Shown here: piece by piece, positions 50,101 through 63,600 of the stretch
Layout of the letters: each line of letters starts with the position of its first letter
Position numbering within the stretch: the first letter of the stretch is position 1
Origin: Takakia lepidozioides
Taxonomy: Eukaryota > Plantae > Bryophyta
NCBI GenBank assembly: GCA_030704615.1
Contig: CM060734.1
Span: 44,454,001-44,518,000 of the forward strand
Reading direction: 5' to 3'
DNA: 64,000 nucleotides
Notes under the pieces: generated by a model
The model's database searches: none
Seen by the model: only the letters and a program-made list of their open reading frames with translations
Told to the model about the DNA's origin: nothing
Made by a program: the position numbers and the translations under genes

Positions 50101-53100
50101 AATTTCTGGGCTATATTATTTCCGACAAAGGCATCTTTATGGATCAGAAGAAAATACAAACCATCATCGAGTGGATTAAACCAACTTCGGTCCGAGATAT
50201 ACAATGTTTTTTGGGTTTTGCAAATTTCTATAAAATCTTCATCAATGACTACTCCAAAATTGCTGCACCATTGACACGACTCACAGGGAAGAACAAATTT
50301 GTATAGGACGAGAAGACTAACCAGGCAATTGAAAGGCTGAAGCAGACATTTACAACGGCTCCAATACTGGTACATGCAGACCTATCTAAACCATTCTTCT
50401 TAGAAGCAGATGCATCGGACTTTGCACTTGACGCTATACTCTCTCAATACGGTACGGATGGCCGACTTCACCCTGTTGGTTTTCGTTCTCGCAAAATTTT
50501 CTGCTGCAGATTTTAATTATGAAATCCATGACAAACAACTTCTAGCTGTCACGGATATAGCCCAGAGGAACTTACCATGAGTAAATACCAGAAGTCACCA
50601 AGTTATCATGCTATCGAAAGTTACCATGACTTACCGTGATTTACCATGATCTACCATGATTTATCATTACTTACCAAGTTACTGGGAGTTTACCAAATTA
50701 CCAAGAGTAACTTGGGAAACTGCTCAAGAAGCTTCATTTGGAATAAACTTCTCCATCAAGATACCTCCTTTGTTTAAGGAGACTTTTCTATCAAGAAACC
50801 TTTGTTTACTCTTGGAAACTTCTCTATCAAGAAACCTCTATAGGGGAAGCTTCTTATGAGACTTCTTAGTAGCCAGTGTATATAGGAGGCGAGACTGGAC
50901 ACTCTTCAGTCTCGCCAACACCAGTTCAAGCTACTCTTGTTTCAAGTTCCCAGTACTCCAGTCCAGTTCCCAGTATTCTAGCCCAGTTTCCAGTATCTGG
51001 TACTCCAGTCCAGTTTCCAGTATTCCAGTATTCAAGTCGTGTTCCAATATCTTGTACTCTTGTTTATTGTTATAAAGATCGTCTTGATTCTTATTTACTC
51101 ATCGTGCATACGGCCACGCCGACCTTGACTTCTTGTCTAGTCTTGTACCTCTAGTCTGATCTCTTGTTTGTGTTCAGTCATGTTCTTGTCCTTAACAGTT
51201 TGGCGAGACTAAAGTTTTTTCCCTAGTTAGTTAAAATGGAAGGCACATTTGCGGAAATGGTCGCCACATTGCAAAGTCTTCAGCTCCAGATGCGAGAACT
51301 TCGTGCCTCTACTGCCCAACTACAAGCTGATCAGTCTCAAGATCTTGGCAACGTTCTCAACAATTTGCAACAATAAATTTTAAAGTTGAAGGAGTCGAAC
51401 AATGGATCTTCAATCTTACGAGTCTCTACTACTACAAATCCTACTGCAACGGTTCCTCCAAATCTTCAACAGATTACAAGGGAACCAAAGGTCAGCATGC
51501 CCGAAAATTTTGATGGGACGATATCAAGATTTCGCGGTTCTGTTCAACAAGTACGATTGTTCCTACAACTACATCCACAATACTACTCTAATGAAGGTAT
51601 TCAAGTGGGATTCGTGTGCACCTTTCTATTACGCACTGCCCTATCTTGGTTTGCACCACTATTAGAAATAAATTCTCATTTACTATATAATTTTGAAGCA
51701 TTCATGTCCGAGTTCACTGCAATGTTTGGCGAGAATGATAAAGAAAGAGTTGCAGAGATAAAGATGCGAAATCTTCGACAAGGAGTACGTCCAGCTTCCG
51801 TTTTTGCTGTCGAATTTCGACAACTTGCGTGCGACCTCGACTGGAATGAGAATAGTCTCATTAGTCAGTTTCGATGTGGTGTAAAAGAGGATGTAAAAGA
51901 TTGTTGCTAACAATGCCAAACATGAGTACACTAAGCGAATTCATCACCCAAGTCATTACATGCGATAATCGTTTGTTCGAAAGACATTAAGAGAAGCGAT
52001 CTAGATGGTCAATGACGCACCATGCCGCTGTTACTACGGCACCAAACACAACGATCCATCAAACATCCGGTAATGATCCTATGCAAATTGCTACTATCTG
52101 AGTCAAGCCATTGACGCCACAAGAAAAACAAAGATGACCCTCAAAAAGATTATGCCTTTATTGCGGAGAAGATGATCACATAGAATTAAATTGCCCCAAC
52201 AAGAGAAGATTCAAAGCTCGGGGCACAACTCAAGTGTTCGATACGAGGAGGTAAAAAAACGAAGATGTCTAGTCACAGTAGGGACCATGCGGCTGGACAC
52301 TCCAAATTCCTCACCAAAAAAATACCTCCAGACCCTGTACCTTGTTTCAAAGTTCCAGTAAAGATCAGGATGCAAAATCGAGATATCTCCGTAGAAGCAC
52401 TTTACGACTCGAGCACTTCAGCGTGTTTTATTGACAAAGATTTTGCGAAGCAACACAATTTAACGCTTGTAAAAAAGAAATTTTCGGCCCTTGTTGAAAT
52501 CATCGATGGACGACCGTTAGCATCAGGAAATATTGACCATGAAACTCGACCCCTTGAACTGAAGCTTAAAAATCAAGCATCACAGATTGTTTTTAATGTC
52601 ATCCAGTTTCCAACGAATCATGTGATCATTGGACTTCCCTGGTTTATACTCCATAATCCTGACATCGACTGGCGATCACGAAAAATTTCGGCAAGACAAA
52701 AATGCAAAAGTACCAAAGGTATTCAACCCCTGTTTCTTGGAGCTAGATCCTTCATGAGAGCTACGAAGAAAGACGCGACATTTGTACTTTATGCGATTCC
52801 GATCAAAACCACAACAGACCAAAGTACTTCGACATTACCCACTCAATATCAAAATTTCAATGATGTTTTCGAGAAGAAAAATGCAGACATGTTGTCAAAA
52901 CATCGACCTTATGATTGTGCAATTGAGTTGCAAGAAGGAGCTCAACCACCATTCGGCCCGATCTACAATTTATCTTAGACGGAGCTGGCTGCTTTACGCG
53001 AATACATTGATGAAAATTTGTCAAAGAATTTCATTCGACATTTGAAATCACCCACTAGAGCACTTATCTTATTTGTGAAGAAGAAGGACGGATCGTTACC

Positions 53101-56100
53101 TATGTGTGTGGACTATCGTGGGCTCAACAAAGTCACTATAAAATATCGTTACCCACTACCGCTGATTTCCGGACTCCTCGAACAACTTGGACGAGCAAAT
53201 TTTTTCACAAAGATCGACTTGAGATGAGCTTACAACCTTGTACGAATAAAAGAAGGAGACGAATGGAAGACTGCTTTTCGCACAAGGTACGGACATTTCG
53301 AATACAATGTTATGCATTTCGGTCTTACAAATGTTCCAGCAATTTTTCAACACATGATGAATGACATCTTTCGAGAATTTTTAGATGACTTTGTAGTCAT
53401 CTATGTGGACGTCATTTTGATATTTTCACAGAATGAAGAAGAACATGGTCGCCATGTACGCCTTGTCTTTGATAAATTAAGGGAAAAATGACTATATGCC
53501 AAGTTAGAAAAAATGTCTTTTCCACCAATCTGAAGTCAAATTTTTGGGCTACATTATTTCCGACAAATGAGTCTTTATGGACCAGAAGAAAATACAAACC
53601 ATCATCGAGTGGATTAAACCAACTTCGGTTCGAGATATACAATGTTTTCTAAGATTTGCAAATTTCTATAGATACTTCTACTCCAAAATTGCTGCACCAT
53701 TGACACGACTCACAGGAAAAGACAAATTTGTATGGGACAAGAAGGCTGACCAAACATTTGAAAGGCTGAAGCAGACATTTACAACGGCTCCAATACTGAT
53801 ACATGCAGACCCATCTAAACCATTATTTTTGGAAGCAGATGCATCGGACTTTGCACTTGGCGCGGTACTCTCTCGATACGGTACAGATGGCCGATTTCAC
53901 CCTGTTGGTTTTCGTTCTTACAAATTTTCCGCTGCGGAGATCAATTATGAAATCCATGACAAAGAACTTCTAGCGATTATCGATGCTTTTGAGGAGTGAC
54001 GTCATCTATAGGAAGGAGCTAAACATCAGGTCACAGTCTATACCGATCACAAAAAGCTCGAGTATTTTATGAGTGCTCGTGTTTTGAATCGACGTCAAAC
54101 GAGATGGAGTATGTCACTAGCAAGGTTTGATTTTGTCATTACCTACCGTCCCGGACATCTTCAAGGAAAACCAGATGTTATTTCTCGACAATCGTATCTT
54201 GTGCCAAAAGAAGGGGATGCAGCTTTTGACCAACAAAAATCTATCATCTTGAAACCAGCAAATCTCCAATTGAATATGCTATCCATGTCCATCTATGACG
54301 ATGTAGAGATCATAAAGGAGATTCGGGAAGCACTGAAGAGCGACTAATTTGCTACGACACTACAAAGTCAATTAAATCGACCTCGAGACAACCCACATGT
54401 TACAAACGACTTCGAATTCAAACATGACATACTTTATTTCAAGGGACTTCTCTATGTACCTCCAGGACCTACACGACTTCGAATTCTTCGAACATGTCAT
54501 GATCTTCCGGTTGCAGGACATTTCGGCTTCAACAAAACAATGGAATTGATATCCAGGGACTATTGGTGGCCGCAGATGTGGAAACTTGTGAAAGAATTTA
54601 TAAAATCTAGCGACACGTGTGCTAGAGCGAATGGACCACGACATCGACCTTACGGCCTTCTTCAACCATTACCCATTCCCAAGGGTCCATGATCGTCCGT
54701 GTCTATGGACTTTATTACGGACCTTCCAATTTCCAAGACCACCGATTCAATCTTTATTATTGTAGATCGTTTTATGAAGATGACACATTTCATTCCATGT
54801 AATAAGACAGTTACCGGCGAGGAAACTGCAAGACTCTTCCTCAATAATATCTACCGCATTCATGGACTCCCGAAGGACATCGTATCTGATCGAGGACCAC
54901 AGTTCATATCAAATTTCTGGAGGGGATTATTTCACATATTGGATACTAAGATTAACCTCTCTACAGCTAATCATCCACAGACTGCTGGTCAAACCAAACG
55001 TGTAAACCAGATTTTGGAACAGTATCTTCGTTGTGCGATAAATTATCACCAAGATAATTGGACGGACTGTCTGTCATTGACTGAGTTTGCCTACAACAAC
55101 ACTATACATTCTTCGACCAAACAAACTCCATTTTTCTCCAATTATGGTCATCATCCTCGAGCAAACCTTTTCCACGTGAAGACTGTTGGAAGTCGTGCTG
55201 CAGAAAACCTTGCTACTTATCTTGCTACGATTCACAAAGAACTTACATCCCACCTCGCAGAAGCTAAAAAACAGTACAAGGAGTATGCAGATCAACGTCG
55301 CCAACTCCAACCCCAGTTCAAGGTCAGAGATCGTGTGTGGCTTCTTCGATGGGACATACAAACCTCGCGATCATCAAGGAAGTTGGATTATCAACGTCTG
55401 GGACCATTCAAAATTATTCGACAAATAAATCCGGTCAGTTTTCGGCTTGAATTCCCACGAAGTATGCGCATCCACCCCGTCTTTCATGTTTCATTATTGG
55501 AGTTGTATCATTCATCGAATATTCCAGGGAAAGTCTCCTACCACCTCCACCAATCGAAGTGAATCAGGAAATTGAGTATGAAGTCGACGAAGTCCTAGAC
55601 TCTCGCATCAAGTATAAACGTCTTGAGTATTTTGTACATTGGAAAGGCTACGACATCAGCGAACGAACGTGAGAACCTTCATCCAACCTCGTCAATGCAT
55701 CTGACAAAGTCCAAGAGTTTCATCAACGATATCCAGCTAAGCCCCGAGCTACACATCAATAAGACGTCACAACGATGATGTCAGTCAAATTAGCTTCAAG
55801 GTGAAGACTCCACATTCAATGTATTTGATACATGCTAAGGAGGGATGAACACCACACATCAGTATATATAGCTACACTTCTAGCACTCTTACATTTTGTA
55901 TTGGCATCATGGAGTCACAGGAACCAGATACATTGGAGTTGTCGCTTACCCAACTACCATATCAGCCGTTTCGACTCTCACGACCTTCAACATCACGCCG
56001 ACGCTCTCAAGACGATGGGCCACCAATGCGACGCGTATTTCCTCGTCTGGACCCCGTACGACGGCAAGTGGAGCCTACTCGAAGACTGATAATTCTGTTG

Positions 56101-56941
56101 GAGGTTGAGGCTTCGGACCCAGAGGGCAACGAAATCATGTTTGAAGACAGCTTCAAAGATCAGAATGCTCAAATCACTGCGTGGTCCCAAGTTCAAGGTG
56201 TTAGACACTATCGATGGTTGTAGAGACCTATAAATCATTTGAGTCAAGAACGAAGAGCCGAATACTTGGCAAGTACTATTCGCCGGATTTTGGATTTTCT
56301 CCAACTCTAAGCAAGTCCAAGATTTTACCGCTCCTTGAGGAACTCGGCGCTAGAGGAGGGGGTGATGTCACGGACATAGCCCAGAGGAACTTACCAGGAG
56401 TAAATATCAAAAGTTATCAAGTTATCAGAAGTTACCATGACTTACCATGATTTACCATGATTTACCATTGCTTACCAAGTTACCGGAAGTTTACCAAATT
56501 ACCAAAAATAACTTGGGAAACTGCTCAAGAAGCTTCATTTTGAGGAAACTTCTCCATCAAGATACCTCCTTTGCTTAAGGAAGCTTCTCCATCAAGAAAC
56601 CTCCATAGGGGAAGCTTCTTAGAGAACTTCTTAGTAGCCACTATATATGGGAGGTGAGATTGGACACTTTTCAGTCTCGCCAAGACAAGTTCAAGGTACT
56701 CTTGTTCCAAGTCCAAGTACTCCAGTCCAGCTTCTAGTATCTGGTACTCCAGTCCAGTTTCCAGCATTCCAGTATTCGAGTCGAGTTCCAATATCTTGTA
56801 CTCTTATCCATTGTTATAAAAATCATCTTGATTCATGTTTACCCACCATGCACTCGGCCACGCCGACCTTGACTTCTTGCCTAGTCTTGTACCTCTAGTC
56901 TGATATCTTGTTTGTGTTCAGTCATGTTCTCGTCCTTGACA
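47147..56941 (+). mobile_element. Ty3/gypsy chromovirus (Tcn1-like) complex with three LTRs: 47147-47758, 50547-51197, 56366-56941
   Basis: TG...CA LTRs. Gag (PEKFDG, DPMQID, CLYCGEEDH), protease DSGAS, RT YLDD/YVD, RNase H ADASD..YEIHDKELLAII, integrase SMDFITDLP..GPF..IHPVFHVS, chromodomain EYEVDEVLDSR..YFVHWKGY. PPT agaggaggggg at 56352. Flanks gtctg/gtttg. Confidence 0.97.
55909..56223 (+). CDS. Extra 104-aa ORF between the chromodomain and the PPT of the chromovirus; function unknown
   Basis: Uninterrupted ORF with gcatcATGG context and TATATATA ~45 nt upstream; no recognised homology. Confidence 0.35.
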   Translation: MESQEPDTLELSLTQLPYQPFRLSRPSTSRRRSQDDGPPMRRVFPRLDPVRRQVEPTRRLIILLEVEASDPEGNEIMFEDSFKDQNAQITAWSQVQGVRHYRWL

Positions 56942-57282
56942 GTTTGTGTGCCTCTAGGACTTACCAGCCGGGGGAGCCCTTGTGGAAGTACTACATGGAC
57001 CTCAAGTTAGGTGCTGTTGAAAACATTACAGATGCAATAGAGAGGGATCGTATGGTCAAGGTATATTTCATTCTTGGTTTGCCCCCTGCTATTCAGACTT
57101 GGGCTCAGCGTCGTCATTTTGTTAATGATAAGTCCAAGGCTAGCAGAGATTGGTCTTAAAATGACAGACTTGGCTGACAGCAAATCAAATGCAAAGTCAT
57201 GCCAGACTTCAAGCTCTTGTGGGCTCTGAAGCTGACATGCACGCGACATCTCTCTCTTATGTGCCATCTACAATGCACTCTA

Positions 57283-58880
57283 CACTAAAGGAAAAACGCG
57301 GAATAACCACTGGCCCTTTAACCACTAGTGTTTTTTTCCACTCTATAAACCACTAGTAACCACTTTTCAGTGGTTAATCCCAATAAAATGCCACGGTGGC
57401 ATCACAGACAGTGGTTGGAAGTGGTTTCAACCACTCAGTAGTCCATGTGTAATAATTTGTTTTTATTTATTATTATTTATTTGATAATATATTTTAATTA
57501 ATTAATATAATATTCCACGTGGACGAGTGCAGTGGTACATTGTGAGTGGTTATAGACACCTCAGTGATGGGAAGTGGTTGAAACCACTTGCTACTCCACG
57601 TGTAATAATTCAAATTTTATTTGTGATTTATGATTTGGAAATATATTTTAATTAATAAATATAATATTCCACGTGGACGGGGACAATGCACGTTGATCTT
57701 GAGTGGTTAAAGACACCTCATTGATTTGTACCACTTTGACAGTGGTGGAGAGTGGGTGGTAAAAGATACTGCAGTAATTGGAACCACTATTCTAGTAGTT
57801 GCTCATGAGTGGTTGCCTACACAACAGTGATTGGTACCATTTTTTGGGTGATACATGAAAAACTTTAAGTGGTTTGTGCAGCTGTGACAGACTTTGAAAA
57901 ACAGACAAGTGGCCAGACCATTGTGGGATGATGCTATTGAACAAATGGTTCCAACAATAAACTTTATTCTAAATCTGAAACATATTCGTCACCCTCTGAA
58001 TCACTTTGCTCAACTGGAATAGCGGTTGGTTGCACAAATGTCACTTGAATAGTAGCCAACATAGCCAGATCTTCTTTATTTAGAGCCGTGGCACCATCTA
58101 ATGACCTAGGTATTGGCTGATCTGATGAGGTAGATGTCGATTGGCACGCCACTCATACCACATGCCTCTCTGTCTGCTGTGAACTGTGCCTTCTTTGTTG
58201 CATACTTTTTGTCACAAAATGACAACAAGAATGATACATGTTAGCAATGAAGTATTGCATTACTTAGCAAAAAATACCTAGCATGAATGATACTTTGAAA
58301 ACCACTGTTTCAAACCACTGGAGGAGTGAGCAGAATGACTTGTAAATGAACATGCTCTTCCAACAAGTCACTCACTCAGACATTCCGTTACTACAGCATT
58401 GGTTATAATCAGGATGAACCACTGACATTTGTGACTTTGTGACTTTGTGGGTGGTTTGATTACACTGGTGACAGTCAAAATTGAAATTGAACTTGATGAA
58501 TAAGGTGCAATGAAAAGAATTACTCACTGCACCCAATGAGCCATGACATTGGTATTGTTCAGCACATACAAAATTTGTGCTGCATCTCTCCAAGCTCCAG
58601 TCATGTCTCGCTTTTTGCCGACACCTTCGAAGACCTCGTCCTCAACCCCTTCCTCCGCATTTGCATCCCAAGTCCGCCGTTGAGTTGCATCAAATGATTG
58701 CATATATTCAGTCATGAACCCCATGGCCTCATCAAGAACATACCCTGCAGCCGTACTCCCTTCTGGCTTTGCGTAATTCCTAACGTATCCCTTAAGATCT
58801 TTCATGTAACGCTCCATGGGATACATCCACCGTGAAGACACCGGATGAACAGTTTTGTTTATCTCCATGGAATACATCTA
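57283..58880 (-). mobile_element. CACTA (En/Spm) element end with subterminal repeats and a Tnp2 C-terminal (DUF4218-like) remnant; probably extends further right
   Basis: CACTAAAGGAAAAA at 57283; dense ACCACT/AGTGGT repeats to ~57870; PVSSRWMYPMERYMKDLKGYVRNYAKPEGS..GY..DE at 58524-58877. Confidence 0.9.
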
Positions 58881-59450
58881 TGTGCTCACTTGTAACCACT
58901 AAAATGAATTAAAAAAAAATCAAAGTGCAAAAGATTTAAAAAAAACACGTTGGCTAGTAAGTGCAGAGTGTGTCGCCCTGGTGGTTTAGGGTTCAAACCC
59001 ACTGCATTACCCCATGTGTGGGATTGTTTGTGACGATGGTATGTCTGGGCGTTGATCCTCCTGTAGGTCTCATGGCCCATAAATGAAAGGGGGTTAATTT
59101 TTCCCCCTCCTCAATGGCCTGAGGTTTCCTTTAATTTTTTTTAAAAAATAAATAAAAAGTTACTTATAGGTTTGTAGAAAGGTTAAAAAACTTAAAAAGT
59201 TGCCCATCACGTATGTACAATATATACATACTTTTGGGGGAAATTTCAAATGTGTGCATGTAGCGTATTGGTAAGGGCTCTTCCTGCGTGTCGCGGGATC
59301 GCGGGTTCAAACTCCTCTGTTTTCTTTTCCCCTCATGCACTAAGCCCCACTAAGCCCTATTGCTGCTGTGCACACTAAGTCCTCGTGCAGGTTGGTCTTA
59401 GCAGGTCGCGTTTCAATCTCTGCTCGCTCAGCTGCACCGTGGTGGTTCTC

Positions 59451-59710
59451 ATGGACAATCCGACATTACCTGACTACAGACACAAGCAGCACACACAAGA
59501 GGTCCGTTTGGGTTCATGGTCTGTCAAATCCTCCATGGGTCATGACACAAGGTCGATGACAATGTGGTGAGGGCACCTTCTTCTTCGATCTATTTCAGCC
59601 TGTTTTGCCCTCTCATCAGACTCGGCCCTGAATTTGCAGCACGGAGCAGGGCTCGCATGAGTTTTTTACAGATCCTTCACGATGGTGGGACAATCACAAT
59701 CGCAAGGTGT
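59451..59710 (+). pseudogene. OSB-type PDF-motif fragment
   Basis: NPTLPDYRHK / SVWVHGLSNPPWV and EFFTDPSRWWDNHNRK resemble the PDF consensus W..F..P..WWDNR..K.NP..PDFKHK....LW.....P.WV; frameshifted. Confidence 0.65.
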
Positions 59711-60009
59711 GGCTTTTTCTTAATGTAGGATGTGAAGAAGTTTGTCCATCCTGCAAATGTGGGCTTTTGGCTCTTGTTAGTACCATGATTTGGTATTCTT
59801 CCTGATGTTTACAAGGTTCTTGGGAGAGTCAGCTTAGTCTTAGCAGGTCGTGTTTCAATCTTTGCTCGCTTAGCTGCACCATGGTGGTTCTCATGGACCA
59901 ATGTGATGTTTTTTTTTTTCCCTCAAGCACTAAGCCCCACTAAGCCCTATCGCTGCTACGCACTTTAAGTCCTCGCTGATGTTTACAAGGTTCTTGGGAG
60001 AGTCAGCTT

Positions 60010-60660
60010 GGTCCAGGGTATGCACGGCAGGGATGTGGGATGGAGGCTTTGGAGACCTATGAGCAAATGATGGGGGAAGCACATCGTGTTTGTGTGCTTT
60101 GCAATGCTTGTGCAAGCCTGGCAGCCCTGGAGAAGGGCAAGAGGTGCATGGGGATATCATCAAAGCTGGAATTGTGCCAAATGTCAATCTGAACACTGCC
60201 TGGCAGCTTTGGAAAAGGGGAAAGAGGTCCATGGCGTCATCTTCAGAGCTGGAATTGTATCAGATGTCATTCTGAACAATACCCTGGTGAACAAGTTTGC
60301 AAAATGTGGGTGCATCTAAGATGCAAAGGGAGTGTTTGACACTATGGCTGAACGAGATGTGGTGTCGTGGAGTGCGATGCTTGCAGGGTATGCACGACAG
60401 GGACGTGGGATGGAGGCTTTGGAGAGCTATGAGCAGATGATGGGGGAAGCACATCATGTTTGTGTGCATTTGCAATGTGCGTGCAAGCTTGGCGGCCCTG
60501 GAGAAGGGCAAGAGGTGCATAGGGATACCATCAAAGCTGGAATTGTGCCAAATGTCAATCTGAACACTGCCCTGGCAGCTTTGGAAATGGGGAAAGAGGT
60601 GCATGGCGACATCTTCAGAGGTGGAATTGTACCAGATGACATTCTGAACAATACCCTAGT
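60010..60660 (+). pseudogene. PLS-class PPR repeat fragments, tandem and disrupted
   Basis: AKCGCI*DAKGVFDTMAERDVVSWSAMLAGYARQGRGMEALESYEQM, ALEMGKEVHGDI; stops and frameshifts. Confidence 0.9.
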
Positions 60661-61046
60661 CTCCAAATTGAGGGATCATGGAATGTATTTCTGCAGTAGG
60701 TTGCTCCTCTTGGGAAGCCACTGTTGCTTCCCAGTTTGGACATGTGACGTCATTTGAAGTTGGGGCTATCGGTAAAATTCAGTCTTTGCTGAATTTGGAT
60801 GTAAGATGTGACTTGCAACTTGTGGCAGGTCATTGCAAAAGCAAGAGTACCTCTTGTAAAGTTTGTGGAGACTCAGAGTAACATTTCCTTTGACATAAGG
60901 TATTTCAGTTAGTGTTTTTATTCGTACATTCAGGGAGGGAACTGGTAGTTTGATATGCCTAATGACCTGCCAGAAGGAAAAAGGTCTCATAGTCTCATGG
61001 TCTCATGGTCTTTGAATAGGAGATGAAACATTGACTTGTGTTACAG

Positions 61047-62220
61047 GGTGCAATGAGGGCTCTTCCTCATTTGAAGCCTTTGTGTCTTGTGCTGAAGATA
61101 TTCCTACAGCAGCGAGAGCTTAACGAGGTGGGCTTTCTTACCTCTGCAAGACCAGAAGTACCAGAAGTACCAGAAGTATGTCTAGCTATTAGTTTTGCAT
61201 GTGATATTCATGTAAGAGAACTGCAGGAAACCATTTTTAACAGCAAAGACACACCCAATGAAGACAATTACGTAACATCATGAAACAGATTTCGTGAACA
61301 TCGACTTTGCGAGAAACCTTAAGCAGCCTGTATGCACTAGGGAGTGGGGATTGCGAATGTGGAATAACCCTAAAATTTCTCAGTCAGATGGCATGGGAAT
61401 GTCGATCCTTCCATACCTCATTGTGTATAGCGTATGCTGGAGTTTTCAATTGAAGTTGGAGGACCTCTTGAAATATGTATACCTGCCATTTTGGATGTGT
61501 TGTGTCCTGTCCCTGTGGATCTTAGTTCCTAGTGTTGGTTGGTCATTTGACTTGTTAATGAACCTATTTGTATTCTTCAAGTCTATCATGGTGGAATTGG
61601 CTCATATGCTCTACTCGTGATGCTGTTAGCACATCTGCAGGTCTGGACGCTTTCACAAGTTGCTCTTGCTAAGTCTTTCTTATAGAATGTTTACTGGAGT
61701 GGAGAGCGCTTCCATTTTCCCTAAGAAAGCTTAGGCTGTTTTTACAGTGTCCACCGTGTGCAGATGTCAACTGTATCTAGGGTTTGTCAGCAAGACAATC
61801 TGTGTTTCTACGGGTATCTCACTTGCCAGGCATGTGTGTAGCAATACCCTTTTAGCTTTGTTGCCAAGGAACCTTGGCTGGCTCTATTTGGCCTACCCCA
61901 AGTTATTAGGGACTCACAGCAGTTGGCCCAGCAACCATCTAGTAGGTCAGCAACCATCCAGTTTCAGGGGCCTCTCTGCTCCATCATAAAACAGAAAACA
62001 CGATCCCACTGTGCAGTCAATCAGCCCATCTTTGACAAATACACCAGAATGAAGTGGATGTGTAAACACAATAAAATGTAATTTGACATTTATTGAGTTG
62101 GGTATGAGATTTAGATTGATGATTTTGCATCTGCTACCACTGACCTAGTGGAAGTTGCTGCAGATGCATCCTAGCAAACAACGTGGGAGTAGCAGAGATC
62201 AACCTAGTCCACTTGAAGTG
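61047..62220 (+). pseudogene. Exon fragments of a TRF4/PAPD5-like non-canonical poly(A) polymerase (61047-61127, 61581-61640, ~62164-62220)
   Basis: LPHLKPLCLVLKIFLQQRELNE | VYHGGIGSYALLVMLLAHLQ | MHP; second acceptor mutated to CAA. Confidence 0.85.
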
Positions 62221-62429
62221 GTGCCGAGAGTGGGTAGACCCTTGAGGTCATCCATGATGTCCTCCCCCATGTCACAGACTAGAAACAAGTCCAGGGAAGT
62301 TTTCTGCCTAACTTCATTTTCATCAGACAATTTTCTGGAAACGGACATGGCTTTGGACACTACAGCCTCTAAGTTAGTAGGGTTGGGGCATTTGCTGGAA
62401 CAATTCTAAAAGGAGAATGTTTGTCAGAT

Positions 62430-63600
62430 TACCAGATGTCATTCTGAACACTGCCCCTGCCCTAGTGGACATGTATGCCAAATGTGGGTGCATCGAGGAT
62501 GTTAAGGGAGTGTTCAACACTATGGCTGAACGAGATGTGGTGTCGTGGAGTGCGATGCTTGCGGGGTATGCACAGCAGGGGTGCGGGATGGAGGCTCCAA
62601 CCTATGAGCAAATGATAAGGGAAGGGGTGAAGCCCGCCAACATAAGGTTTGTGTGTGTTTGCAGTGTGTCTGGCAGCCCTGGAAAAGGGCAAAGAGATCC
62701 CTGGTGATGATCAAATCTGCAATTGTTCCAGATGTCATCCTGAACATTGCTCTGGTGGCCATGTATGCCAAATATGGTAGCATATAGGATGCCAAGGGAG
62801 TGTTCAACACTATGGCCGAATGAGATGTGGTGTTGTGGAATGTGATGCTTGCAGGGTGTGCAGAGCAGAGGCGCTGGATGGGGCTTTGGAGACCTGAAAG
62901 CAAATGATGGGGGAAGGGGTGAAGTTCGACCACATCATGTTTGTGTGCATTTGCAGTGCGTGTGCAAGCCTGGCAGCCCTGGAAAAGGGCATCGGAGGTG
63001 CATGGTTGCATCACCAAAGCTGAAAATGTACCAGATGGATCAATAGCTACAAGAAACCTGCATGGGTAGATGGTCAATTAGAAGCCGCAGCAGCAACGGC
63101 ACAATGATAAACTCAGGCATTGGTAATGAAGGCACCTTCTTCAACACATTTCACCCTGTTTTTCCCTCTTATCAGAATCGGTCCTAAATTAGCTGGTTGA
63201 GTGAGCCTTTGATAGTTTGGAGCGACTTTGACATGGTACTGCCAATGTGACAACAGGGAAGTATCTAGAAACAGGTAACAGCTGAGACGAGGAGAAGCTG
63301 TGGAATGAATACTTTTCTGACCCCAGTCAATGGTGGGACAACCAAGGCAAAAAGGTGAATGCCGGTCAGATTACTAGATGTCATTCTGAACATTGTCTCT
63401 GCCCTGGTGGACATGTAGGCCAAATGTGGGTGCATCGAGAATGCCAAGAGAGTGTTCAACATTATGGCTGAACGAGATGTGATGTCGTGGAGTGCGATGC
63501 TTGTAGGGTGTGCACAGCAGGGGCATGGGATGGAGGCTTTGGAGACCTATGAGCAAATGATGGGGGAAGGGGTGAAGCCCAACCGCATCACGTTTGTGTG
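62430..63600 (+). pseudogene. PLS-class PPR fragments (62430-63000, 63376-63600)
   Basis: LVDMYAKCGCIEDVKGVFNTMAERDVVSWSAMLAGYAQQG...EGVKPNRITFVC; multiple stops. Confidence 0.9.
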
